A stretch of 64,000 bases of DNA from Pseudovirgaria hyperparasitica. Lineage: Eukaryota. Where the stretch lies: NCBI GenBank assembly GCA_010093815.1, contig ML996581.1; one strand, written 5' to 3'. Positions 49,195 to 61,598 of the stretch are shown piece by piece. The notes below the pieces were generated by a model. The model was not told where the DNA came from. It saw nothing but the letters and a program-made list of their open reading frames with translations, and made no database searches. The translations under genes were made by a program, and so were the position numbers. Within the stretch, counting starts at the first letter, position 1. Every line of letters starts with the position of its first letter.

Positions 49195-50115
49195 ATGTAT
49201 GTTTGATACGAACGACTGTCACTACTCAATGACTAACGGTGTTTTGTTAGGTTTCTCCTCCGCCGTACTGCGCTGAAAGCGCTTTCCGCTCCTTCCTTTT
49301 CCCAGTCTGTCAAATCGCGAGCTCTCAATTCAGCTTCTCCCGCCATCAACAGGCTACAAAGACCGATCCTCGCGTTTTCACTGCAACGTCGTCTATACAG
49401 CGATGAGATTGTGAAAGAGCAGGAGCCTTCCGCTGCACCAACAGATGCAATAGATAATGCGCCTGTAGAAAGCTCATCTATTCCAGTCGAGGAAAATACT
49501 GCCACAGCAGAAGCAATATCAAGCTCGGTCTATGTCGGAAACCTTTTTTTTGAAGTGACTGAGGATCAACTTGAACGAGTGTTCTCACCCTTCGGCAAAA
49601 TTGCTCATATCTCCCTCGTTTGCGATAATCGTGGTCTAAGCAGAGGGTATGTTTTTCTTACATTAAACCCAATATGACTAACACGCGGTCACAGGTTTGG
49701 CTTCATCCGATTCGAACGTCCAGAAGATGCAGATGCTGCCTGTTCCAGTCTCAATCAGCAGGTCTTTGAGGGCCGTCGTATGGTCGTCAGCAAGCAGACC
49801 GTCAAACCATCTCGTCGAACTATCCCCGATATTACGACAATGGGCGAACCGACGAGGACGCTGTTTATCGGGAACATGTCGTTTGAGATGTCGGACAAGG
49901 ATCTCAATGACCTGTTCAGAGACGTTCGCAACGTACTTGATGTCCGCGTCGCAGTCGACCGGCGGACTGGCCAACCCAGAGGTTTCGCACATGCTGACTT
50001 TACTGATGCTGAAAGTGCTAAACAGGCGGCTGAGTTGCTTGCAGGCAAGAGCGTTTATGGCCGTCAGCTACGCGTTGATTTCTCCCGGCCAAGCTCACAG
50101 AACCGCCAGGTCTGA
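49195..50115 (+). CDS. Two-RRM RNA-binding protein with probable mitochondrial presequence, 3 exons; start codon split AT|G by intron 49197-49250
   Basis: M|FLLRRTALKALS...; RNP2 VYVGNL and LFIGNM; RNP1 RG|FGFIRF and RGFAHADF. Confidence 0.88.
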
Positions 50116-50640
50116 ATATGAGCTTTGAATGTTTATCCAGTCTCAGTTTGAGTCCGAAGGATATGTCCAAGGGTCTAGGACTGGGTTAATTGTACTGATA
50201 GCGTTACCTTGTGTTTTCTGGGACATCAGGCATATTTTGTCACTTCTTGCTCTCAGTATCATCAAACATTCCTTCTTGTAAAGTACCGGTTCAATGTACC
50301 ATAGATTGACGATTCCGTCCCTGGCAAATATGACAGGACTGGCATGCACATAATACATATCGAAGCCTCTACTCCAACGCGGGTCGACTATGTATCACGA
50401 TTCTTTATGCCTGTTGTGGTACTCTCGTACATGGGAAGCCTGAGGCACTCTTACCAGTTCATCCCTGGTACTTTTGCCCCACGCGCTGCCGAGGTTGGAT
50501 GGCCTTTCCCCATCAGCGTCCTCCGCTTTCGACGACTTACGTTCCCCTCGACGGGTTCGTTATATGCAAATTATTTTCGGCTGTCACCTCCAGACATTAA
50601 TAGTATCGATCATCATAGTCTGGAACAATCCTCAAACTCC

Positions 50641-52623
50641 ATGTCTTTTCTAGGTGGCGCGGAATGCTCTACCGCGGGTAACCCGCTCAGTCAGTTCACC
50701 AAACATGTGCAGGACGACAAGTCCTTGCAGCGCGACCGTTTGGTCGGGAGGGGGCCTGGTGGAATTCAGGAGGGCATGAGAAGCCAAGTTATGCGAGGTC
50801 AAGACAATGTAAGTCAGACACGCACCTAACTCTCGCAAGCTCACTCTGTTGTAGATGATGGACGAGTTTATGCACCAACCAAATCAGATCCCACAAGGCC
50901 CAGCATCGCCCTTCGCTATGGAGCAGATGCGGCGTGAACTAGAAAGGGCCTCTCACCGCACACCATCTCCTGGGTGGGCCTCCGAATTTGATCCTGGGGT
51001 GGAAGGCCACGCATCGCAGTCCACGTTCCAGCACTCGCAGCCGTCACATTTCAATACTTCCGAATTTCAAAGATTCCAGCATGTACAACAGAACAGCACG
51101 GCAAGAACAGCGAGTCCAATGAATGGCCCAAGTATGGGGTATCAACAACCAATGAGCAGCATGATGGGAATGAATAATATGGGAATGGGCATGGGCATGG
51201 GTATGGGTATGGGTATGGGTGTGGGGTACTCGCCCTACCTGCAACAACAACAGCAGCAGCATGGTATGATGCAATCCGAGAATCAAGAGGGCAAGGGTAA
51301 AGGCAAGCTGGTAGAGCTCGATGACAAAGATTGGGAGGCTCAGTTCGCGCAGCTCGAGACGGATCAGACGAACCTGGACGATGCAGCGAATGCTGCTATA
51401 GAACGTGAACTGAATGATGTTGATAGGTTAGTACATCTTGAAGATATTCGTGGTGACCTTGAAACCATCTGGCGAGGTACCCAGACTTATACATCAGACA
51501 TAGGCAACTCATGGACGAAGAAGATTTTGCGGAACACATGGGTGATTCTAGAGAGTGGGAGGGATTTGATTCCAATCCTCTGAATACCTTTGGTGCCTCC
51601 CGCGAACCAGAGCTCGAGCAATACCTATTTGAAGAGGATAATCTGTTCAAGACCCTGCATAATCCGTTCGAAGAGGGCGTGAAAATCATGGAGGAGGGCG
51701 GAAATCTCTCTCTGGCCGCATTAGCATTCGAGGCAGCGGTACAAAAAGATCCACAGCATGTCGAAGCATGGACCAAACTCGGCTCCGCACAAGCACAAAA
51801 CGAGAAAGAGACTCCGGCAATCCGAGCACTACGACAGGCGACCCATCTGGATCCCGGAAACCTGGAGGCTCTGATGGGACTTGCCGTGTCTTACACAAAC
51901 GAAGGTTACGACACTTCGGCTTATCGTTCGCTCGAACGCTGGGTGGCAACCAAGTATCCTAGTCTCATCACTGAACCTCTGTCGAGCGGGGAAGACATTG
52001 GATTCACAGACCGACAGGTGCTACACGAAAAAGTCACAGACCTATTTATCAAGGCAGCTCAGCTATCGCCTTCCGGTGATCAAATGGACCCCGATGTACA
52101 GGTTGGACTTGGTGTTCTGTTCTACGGTGCCGAAGAGTTTAGCAAAGCTGTTGATTGTTTTGGTGCTGCGCTCGCATCTACAGAATCAGGGACAACAAAC
52201 CAAAGGTCACAGATACACCTCTTGTGGAACCGCATGGGTGCAACCCTAGCCAATTCTGGACGCTCCGAGGAGGCCATCGACGCCTACGAGCGTGCTCTTG
52301 CGCTGCGGCCTAACTTCGTTCGAGCACGGTACAATCTCGGGGTCAGCTGTATCAATATCGGTGTTTATGAGCAAGCCGCGCAGCATCTGCTGGGTGCCCT
52401 AGACATGCACAGGGTTGTCGAGAGAGAAGGGCGAGACAAGGTGCGCGAAGTCGTAGGAGACATTCCGGAGCCAGAAGTGGAAAGAATGCTCGAACACAAC
52501 CAGAGTACAAATCTGTTCGACACGTTACGAAGAGTGTTCATTCAAATGAACAGGAGAGACCTCAGTGACAAGGTCGGGCCAGGTATGAACCTGGATGAGT
52601 TCAGAAGCGCGGTGGATTTCTGA
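50641..52623 (+). CDS. PEX5: Peroxisomal targeting signal 1 receptor Pex5, 3 exons
   Basis: N-terminal AECSTAGNPL (conserved Cys), WASEF / WEAQF motifs, TPR repeats (AALAFEAAV, LWNRMGATLANS, RARYNLGVSCINIG); introns 50809-50854 and 51427-51503. Confidence 0.96.
51179..51220 (+). repeat. Coding hexamer repeat (ATGGGH)7 encoding (MG)7, followed by poly-Q, in PEX5
   Basis: atgggaatgggcatgggcatgggtatgggtatgggtatgggt. Confidence 0.85.
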
Positions 52624-52939
52624 CGGCCTCCATCTCCGATCATCTATTATAACAGCTTCACCAAAATCTCAGCCGGCGTTGGAGTTTGAATACAAGGACT
52701 GGCAGCCGAGGGACAGTGTCCTCATTAGCCCGTAAATACTGTACTGTATTGAATATGCATCTTACACACATGTATACACCCAGGTTCCGTCAATACGTCG
52801 TCTTCGAATTGAGAGACACTACATGTCGGACTCAAGACACGTTCACAGAGCAGCCAACTCGGGCAGCCAACTCAGGCTCTATTCAAAGCGCGATGACAAC
52901 CATGTGTGGTCGAGTTTTCGACACATAATCTAACGGTTA

Positions 52940-53575
52940 TCCTGGTCTTCGTTCTTACCAGCCTAGCGCAAGCTCTCCCTGATCCAAACCGCAGTTAAGA
53001 ACACAAGCCGAGGGAGGAAGCACCTAGCTCATATGTAGCTATCTCCATGACTTTTTAGGCTGTGTACTTTTGGGAGAAAGGCAGTCCATCTGTGTGGTGT
53101 ACCGGGCTCGACTCGGTGGATACCGACTTGACGGATGCAAGGTGACGATTAAAAATGACAGGGGAAGTTGATTTTATCAGGTTGGAGCGGAGTGTGGAGT
53201 GAGCATTCCCATGGCCGACTTATCATGGTCTTTTGTTGGGGAATGTTGGGAAGATGGCTCATACATACCGAGTTTCGTCTGTAACAAGAAATTGAGCTAA
53301 TGAATTGCATCGCTAGCAACTCTTGTGCTGTTGAATCCACACGCACCAAACACTTGTCGTGTCGACATGATCGATTGTCATATACTCCTGCTGTCTACTG
53401 GATCTAGAGCTTGCAAATACACAGCCCAAGAGCGCTAGAAGTGTCGGTATAAAATGCTTTTTCCAATGAGGCAAATATCCTCCTTGACCGACATACTCAA
53501 GAAGCCCCGCTGTGCTATTCGCGTTTGTTCATTCCTTCGTCTAATCAGCCCATAGTAGCTCCTCGAGGCCATCTT
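52940..53575 (-). pseudogene. Possible highly decayed bZIP-type gene remnant
   Basis: Fragment RRRNEQTRIAQRGF followed, after a frameshift, by SRRIFASLEK resembles a bZIP basic region and zipper start; remainder broken by stops. Confidence 0.25.
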
Positions 53576-53779
53576 GAAATCTGGTTTGTGTTGTCGAATT
53601 GATTCAGAAAATAGCTTTTCTTGAGTAGATGGATAGATGTCGTGTGTCGCACAACCAACACCCTTCTACCCTCTTCGTCACATTACATGTAATCTCATGC
53701 CAGCCAGTCACACATACACCCGCCGGCTGCTCATGCCACCCAGCTCCTCCTTCTCTTGCTCAGGCACTTTCAATTAGTT

Positions 53780-54520
53780 TTCTACAGACGTAGTAGTAAT
53801 ACAGTACAATAGATGGAATACGACATCTGTACTCTGCGAGTACGTAAGCACGTGTAAACGACTAAAACCAAGCTCTACGTGATAATAATCATGATGTAGT
53901 TTGTAATACCTAATTTTAGAAAAAAAAGATATTATTAATGTAAGTTATCGGGCTAATACGTGTGTAAATCATGATAACATGCAAACATAGTAGTAGTAGT
54001 ACTAAATACTACTTTCTATCTTTCTCTTCTTCTCTATTACTATAGAATAGTAGTTCAAATAAGATAAGAGAATATTTAATAGAGGTTGATAGAGATAGAT
54101 AAAATTTAGAAATTCCTATATCTATAGATCTAACTTCTGGGAGTAGAAAATAGTCATATAACCGACTTATATAGCGGGTTTACTTAACATATCTAATCTA
54201 ATATATATATATATATCTATAGCTCTATATTACTTGGATAAACTTAATAAACTTATCTTAGACTAGAATAGTCCAACTATATATGTTCTAGAGAGTAGTC
54301 TACTTAAAACTATCTATATGTATAAAGGGCCTGTAGAAGAAGAAGAAGCTAAAAGCTATCCATAACTAATGAATAAAGCTCCAAGTATTAATTAATACGT
54401 ACGTAGCTATAGATAGAAGTAAGAAATCTACTATACTTTCTTATCTAGATCAAGTAGATTACTATGTTTACTACATACTAGATAACATGCTTTAGACTCT
54501 ATAGCTTTTGTTACGAACAG
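53780..54520. other. Strongly AT/TpA-rich tract, probable RIP-inactivated repeat or transposon relic
   Basis: Runs such as atatatatatatatatctatagctctatat and tagtagtagtagtactaaatactact; no ORFs. Confidence 0.6.
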
Positions 54521-55061
54521 GGATATCACGGTAATGGTATGATGATTGCTATCTCTATCTAGTGAAACATCTCTTACAGATGTCTGTCATTATTGACAGG
54601 GTGACTTGGTGCTATCAAATAGTGCCAATCAATAGGTATAGACATAGAATGCACTGCTAGAAACCCCAATAATAAGCCATTGAAGTTTGGTCGATAATAT
54701 ATATCTAGGCCTAATCTATCGCAAATTCATTAGCAGCAACCCCAACGCATTTACCTGTTTTAGGTGACATGGTGTCTATAAAGCGGCATATATACACCCA
54801 TTTGGACAATCAATGCAATAGTTCGCAAGGGACGAATGGAGAGGGGAGCCACGGAAGCTGCCCAGGTGCGTTAAACCAGGTGTCACAGCTTGTAGTTGTG
54901 AATCTTAGCTTGATAGTCGTTATTCGCTTGTTTGCGTGAGCCTCCAGCTGTCCTCTCGTGCGGCATAATCCATCGCGCGTCTATTAAGTCATGATGGTAT
55001 ACTGCACCCAATACAGACATTTCGATGGGTATGCAAGTAAAGTTCATCTGCTACAAAGGCC

Positions 55062-58000
55062 TTAGAGATTCGCAAATTCGAAGGAAGGTGAACCAGGTTC
55101 AGCTAAAGAAGCTGCTTTTGGAAGCGCATTCAGCTTGTCGCTCCCAGCGTCATCCTGCACCAGGAATATGTCCACTTCTTTCAACTTGGGAATTGTCGCT
55201 TTCAAACTTGGTGCCAGCTCCCCTAACACTTTGATCTCGTCGAATCCAAGCTTCCTCTCGAATACCGTGCTTCTTGACTCTCCCGACTCTAATCTCCGCT
55301 TGAGCAATTGAATGAATGGCATCGCTTTCTTCATGTCGGCTCTGTTAATCTTCTCACCCACTTTTTTAACATCCAGCGTCACTCCGTCGAACATCTCACG
55401 CACCAAATCTATGTACTCAATCTGCCAAGCAGGCCACGACTTTGCAGCAAAGATTGTCAAGCGTTTAAATTGGTTTGGATCGTAATTGGAGTGTTTGCCT
55501 TTAGCAATGCGTTTCTGTTGCGTGCCCTCCAGAGAGCTGATAGTCGCCATGATTGAACGTATGTAACTAGAAATTGCGGTAAGGGACTCTCTAGGCTCAG
55601 GTACTTCGGGAAATGGAACAGATTGAATCGTTGACGGCTATAAGAATAATCAGTAGTGCCTTGGATGCGAGGAACGGTATCATTCGGGTCTTTTACGATA
55701 GTAAATAACATACCTTGTTCAGAATCTCTCTCCAGACGTGTTCCGACCAATGCGGAGCAATAACGCAAATCATCTGTGCTTGAAGTTCAACGAAGCGATG
55801 AACACAGTCATGGTGCATGCCGACCCCTGCAGATGTGGTGGAGATGCGGTAGCTGTCGCGTGCTGCTGTGAAGTCATAGAAGCCTGACTTGAGGGCTGCT
55901 TTATAGTTGGTCCTATTTGTTTCGTCAGCGCATGTAGTGTTGTCTATATGGATCAAGTATACTTACGTCGCGAAATGTTGGACCGTTGCCCGCACAAGAA
56001 TGTCAAGTTCATTCTCAAAGAGCTCATCCCAGAATAATTTTGATCCTCCCCTTTGATCTGTATCAGAAGTTTTGGATCGCTTTCCCTCCTGAAGTCCATG
56101 ATATGCCTCATTCTCTTTCAGGATTCGTGCTCCGGTAATCACCTCTTCAATCCACTTTCGAAGTTCGTAAAGCTTCAAGATAATGGCGTTTGCCACGTTT
56201 TCCTCGAAGTTCGCATCTTCCACCCCGTCGCCTCCGTCTGCAAGGGCAATTCGCGTGGCATCTGCTCCAAATTTCCTGATTGCAGCATCCAGCGTTAGGA
56301 AATTGCCACTACTCTTACTCATTTTACTGCCATTCAATGTGACATGACCATTAATCCTGATTCCCTTTGGTAAATATTGAGGCGAGCATTTGCCCCACAA
56401 TGCTTGGTGGACGTAGAGAAAAAAGATGAGATGGTTGGTAATCAGATCCTTTCCACTGACACGAACGTCCAGTGGGTACCAATAAGTAAACTCTCTTCGC
56501 ATTTTCTCAAGAGTGTCTTTGTCGATATCCGTCTCGACTTCATGTCGAATGGCGAAGATGTAGTCCCACACATCATCAGTCATTTGTGGTACCTGAATAT
56601 TGGCAATACCTGGCTGGGTGCCATACATGTTGCCATGTAGATAGTGGGCAACCGTGTAGTACGCCATATAGATTGTAGAGTCGGACAAACCCTCTACGAG
56701 TTCTGAAGGATCCCAGGGCAGCTTTGTGCCAAGGCCATATTGTCGGGTAACGCACCACTGGGACATCCATGCCAGGGTATTCTCGATTGCGTGTTTCGTT
56801 GAGGCCGTAAAACAGTTGAATCCTTGCCCATCGTTGTTGCGGACATGCCCAAGGACCTCATCACGCCATGTCTCATCGAGGTCTCCGTAGGTCAAGAACC
56901 ATTGATCTAAATATGCTGCAACGCAGTCGTCGCCAGATCGCGATATGGCTCTTCCATCGGGCTCGCAATATTCAATCGCATCGTGGGAATCTATCAAACT
57001 TTGTCGAACAAGGTTCTTGGCATCTTGAACCAACATTCCCGAAAATTCGCCCACGATTAGCGTTCCTTGATAGAAGCCTACTTTATACGCTTGCTCTTTT
57101 GCCTCGGCCAGCCTCTGGGTGTCTTTTGGAGAGTTAATCTTCATTTGCTTTACAAGAGTCGGAGCAATAAGATTGCCATGGTTAGGTGTGTCAATGATAG
57201 GTAAGAGCTCCAAAGACACCCACTCCGAACTGATTCCATAAAAGTCTGCCTTTTTTGACAACTCTATGGTCATAGCGTAGTCATCGGGACTATCAGATGG
57301 TACGGATGTGACGACACCGGTGCCCTTTGTTTCCGAGATGGTATCCATGGGAATGACATAAACCTCTCCTTGACGGCTCAATGGAGCACTGACTGTAGAA
57401 CCAATGACATCAGACCCGCTGAGCTCTACGACCCTTTGGACGATTCCCCAATCTAGGCCAGTGAAAATGCCCTGAAAAGCCATGTTGCGAGCAGCTCTGT
57501 TCGTGACAAAGAAGAAGTCCGTCTCCGAGACTCGGAAAATGCCATAGGTGATTGCAGGTGAGACGAATACATTAGTTTGTCCGTACATTGTTTCGGGACG
57601 GAGGGTAGCCGGAACCATGTATATATTAGCATCAGCAGGTATTTTACCTTCTAGAATACGTTGTGCTTGTTCGGACCATTGCTTGACTTTACATTTGATA
57701 GCTGTGTATTCTTGCGTTCGAACAGATTCTCCCTCAGCTCTGTCGTGATCTAGGCAAGGCTGCCGGTCCTTTGGCGAGTAAATAGAATATCGCTTGCCGA
57801 AACGAATTTTTCCCAGCTCTTTTAATCGTCGCATTTGCCACTGTACGAATGAATCATAGAACAGATTTGCTTCGGTGGTGATGAAGCTCCGCCTCCAGTC
57901 AATTGAGCACCCAAATGCAGTAAAATGCTCTTGCCACAGCTTCGGGAAGTATTGTAGCCAGTATTGGGGGTTAGCGAATTTGTAGATCTCTGTACGAGGT

Positions 58001-58798
58001 ATGCCTAAGGACAACATAACTTGGAATTGGTATTTGGCCTTGACGGACTTCAAAGCGGCCTTTCCTGGAATGAACTTGAGCTGAGTCTAGCAAGACTTGG
58101 CTTGAAATCTCCTTACCTTTTCGAACATTGGTGAACTTGGTGATATCTTCCTTCGTCTGCGCTTGTGTTGAGTCAGGAGATGCAACCACGTCTCCATCGT
58201 TATTCTCATCGTAGTCCGCGAAATCAATACCAAACAGATTGATCTCGTGGACAAGTTTATCTGCACATGCCTTGATTGGCATGCCAGTGGCATGGTAACC
58301 CTGGGGATACAGCGTTCGCTTTCCCTGGGCTCTGGCAACACGAGCCGCAAACTCAATCTTGGACATGGTGAATGCATGTCCCAAGTGTGGAGAGCCGTTG
58401 ACATATCTATCTAGATCAGCTGATTGCCATCTGCAAGTAAAGATTCTCCTTTACGGATATGCCATTGTTCCTGGCCAAAGTCAATCTAAATTGTAGGAAT
58501 GGGTGACCAGTATCATTACTCAAGAACTTCGGCACTCGAGCACGTAGCTCTTCATGGCTCATGGATCCTGGAGGATATTCTGAGCATGAAGGCGCATCAG
58601 CTTCGAAAACCCTCTCATCTTGCCAAAGCTTCTGGTATTTCTTCTCGGTTGCTTGCAGAACGTCTCGTTTCTCTGTCTATAGGGGTATCATTAGCGACTG
58701 GAAGAAGTTTAGGATCGATTACTCGGTACATTTTCGATCTTGATAGTCAAGTGAGAATGTTGGTCTGGATCTGTGATCCCGACTAGTTCAAGGGACAT
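55062..58798 (-). CDS. Cytosolic-type leucyl-tRNA synthetase (divergent), about 7 exons
   Basis: Spliced [24 protein letters not shown] (HIGH-like), [11 protein letters not shown]1 editing motifs [13 protein letters not shown] and [20 protein letters not shown]; six GT-AG introns restore a continuous frame. Confidence 0.93.
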
Positions 58799-58949
58799 TG
58801 CTGATTGCGGATGCGGAAACGCGACGAGTTGAAGAAGTACTGTAATGTAGTTCTCGTTTGTGCAGCTTCGCCTTTGGCGAGATTATATCGGTGTAACCAT
58901 AGTTGCATCCTGGGAAAGCTTGGCAGCCGATGTCCGTCCATGCTGCGTG

Positions 58950-59400
58950 CACATGATTTATAGTAGAGATGATATCTTGTAATATGCTTAGCTATTGATA
59001 TATATTAATTATAAAAGCACTACTATATACTAGTTTTGTATGATTACGCGCTAACTACTATACCAAAAGGACCGAATTTCAAAGCTACTAATTACTGCTT
59101 TGACGGTGGTTCCCGCTGCTTAGCTAGGGCTGAGCTACATGGTCCGTGCCTTATACACGTGCGTGACTCATAACAGTGACTTCTTACAGTATAACATGGA
59201 CATTTCCTATATTTCCAATAGTTATATTTTTACAGTTAGAGATTAAGATCTCGAGAATTGTATACTAATAGAGGCCAATCATAAAAGAGGTAAGAGAGAC
59301 AAGATATGTTACTGTCATCTATTATTAGATTATTGAATATACTGTACTAGACTACTATCAGAAAGTTCCTTTGAGCTAACTAGTAGTGCTATCTAGTCTC
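58950..59400. other. AT/TpA-rich RIP-like tract
   Basis: e.g. tattgatatatattaattataaaagcactactatatactag; no ORFs. Confidence 0.5.
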
Positions 59401-59600
59401 GGCGGATCAACGGTCTCTAACGCAACCAACGATGAACAAGGCTAGACGGCATCGCTACTAGCAACCACACCTCGCCCCCCCCTAACAGATCTATACCATC
59501 AAAGTCGCAAAAGCGGGTTCATCCAGCACCACGCTGTGGACACCTTCTCTTACTTCGCTTTCATACGACTCTGACATCCATACTCCCCATCTCCTCGGCC

Positions 59601-60835
59601 ATGCCACTACGCATCGGACAAGTCCTCCAGGGGGCCAGAGGCGTATATGAGTTGCTACAGCCGCTAAAGGGCTCCAGCGTCTTCAAGGCCAAAGTGCTAT
59701 CCAGCTCTTCTTCTGCGCCTCAGTCAAAGTGGTAAGACTATATATCTACAGCCCTATATCTAGGGGTTATGACGTACTTACTTACTCACCATCACTCACT
59801 CACTCACTCTAGGGCTGTCGTTAAAACGGCAGGTACAGATGATGAGAGGATGTGCCTGAGACGCGAGTACCGTAACTATAGCATTCCTGCAATCGCATCG
59901 AGCCCGCATATCCGGGCTATGTGCGATACTATCCCGTCGGACTCGAAGCATGAAGATGAATTACCATGTCTGGTGTTTGAGTGGATGGACGTTGACCTTA
60001 GATCTGTGTATGCGATCGATTTCCGGTCTAGGCCGGCGTTGCCTAGAGCGGTGTCGAAGGCGGTGCTGTCGGCTCTGCATACGCTCAAGACGCTTGATGC
60101 GGTGCATACAGGTAGTGGATTCTATCTCTGTTCTATTGCGTGATTGCTGATGGATTGAATTGTTAGATGTCAATCCGAATAATATCTTTATTACCAATGC
60201 AGATAGTGATTGTCCGGTCGTTAAGCTTGGAGATTTGGGAGTTAGTAAGTATATATAAAACATAGTTTTACTAGACTAAGTTAACCTCTGACCTGCTTAG
60301 CAATCAAAGATAGCTATACAAAACAACGCGCCCAAAGCCTACCATGTCGAGCTCCAGAGGTCTGGCAAGGCTATTCCTGCCGACACGCCTCAGACGTCTG
60401 GTCACTGGCAGTCACAGTCCGTATCAATCAGAATCCGGATATCCCAAGACACGCTAACCCTACAAGCTAACCACCAAACTCTCACCCCTCCCCCTCTTCG
60501 GCCACCTCGACAAGATCATCGAAGGCGAGACCGAAGCATGGTGTATCGCCAAGCTCATCTGTCTCGTCGGCCCCATAGGCCAGCCCATCAACCCAGCCTA
60601 CGAAGACGAGTTCGCGCTCGCGCGACAGCTGGCCGTCATGGACCACCCGCTTACGCGTGTACAGTCCAAGCTTGTGCAGAGAGGCCACTGGCGGACGGAG
60701 CTCGAGTATATTCCCGACCCGCCGGTGCCGCGGGATTTGCTGGATTTTATCGGGGAGATACTGGTCATGGATCCTGAGAAGCGGCCGACGGCTGCGCAGG
60801 CTTTGCAGCATCCGTATTTGCAAGCTGCGTTGTGA
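59601..60835 (+). CDS. Fungal CMGC/SRPK-like Ser/Thr protein kinase, about 5 exons
   Basis: AVVKTA (VAIK), LVFEWMD, VHT|DVNPNNI, VKLGDLG, CRAPEVW, SDVWSLAV, DPEKRPTAAQALQHPYL. Confidence 0.85.
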
Positions 60836-61396
60836 AAGGGGGTAAGATATCCACTGTGTTTGTATGTGTAAATTTTGATGGTTTGTAGGATTAGGTGGCC
60901 TCGATTCATGGCTATCTGTTTCATTAGGACTTCACCCGCCCACGACTGTATTACTTACTGTCATTTTATAGTATGCCTGTTAGCGGTATATGCTCCCTGC
61001 TCATCATCTAAAAGAACTGTACTATACTACACTACACTATACCATATATATACCATACATATTTAGATTCTCTAGATTATCTCCCCCTTATACTCCAATC
61101 TTTTAACATTCCTTAAAAAAACATTTGAAATATATATACACACACAAATATAATACACACAGAACCCTCCTACCAAATTCCATCACAACAATCCGTACGT
61201 AAGTACGTTCTATTTCTACCTTAATTTCACCTTATTCCACTGCCGTGGTACTGGAGCTGGACTGTAGTGGACTGTAGTTGGATTGGACTGGAGCTAGACT
61301 TTCGCTATAATATATATACATATACACATATACCCCAATTCAATTGCTAGCAATGAAGACGAAGAAGTGTCTGGGGATGTCATGTATATACAGGGG

Positions 61397-61397
<1 letters not shown>

Positions 61398-61492
<95 letters not shown>

Positions 61493-61502
61493 NNNNNNNN
61501 NN

Positions 61503-61597
<95 letters not shown>
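61398..61597. repeat. (CA)n microsatellite spanning a 10-N assembly gap (61493-61502)
   Basis: About 95 bp of pure CA repeat on each side of the Ns. Confidence 0.98.
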
Positions 61598-61598
<1 letters not shown>

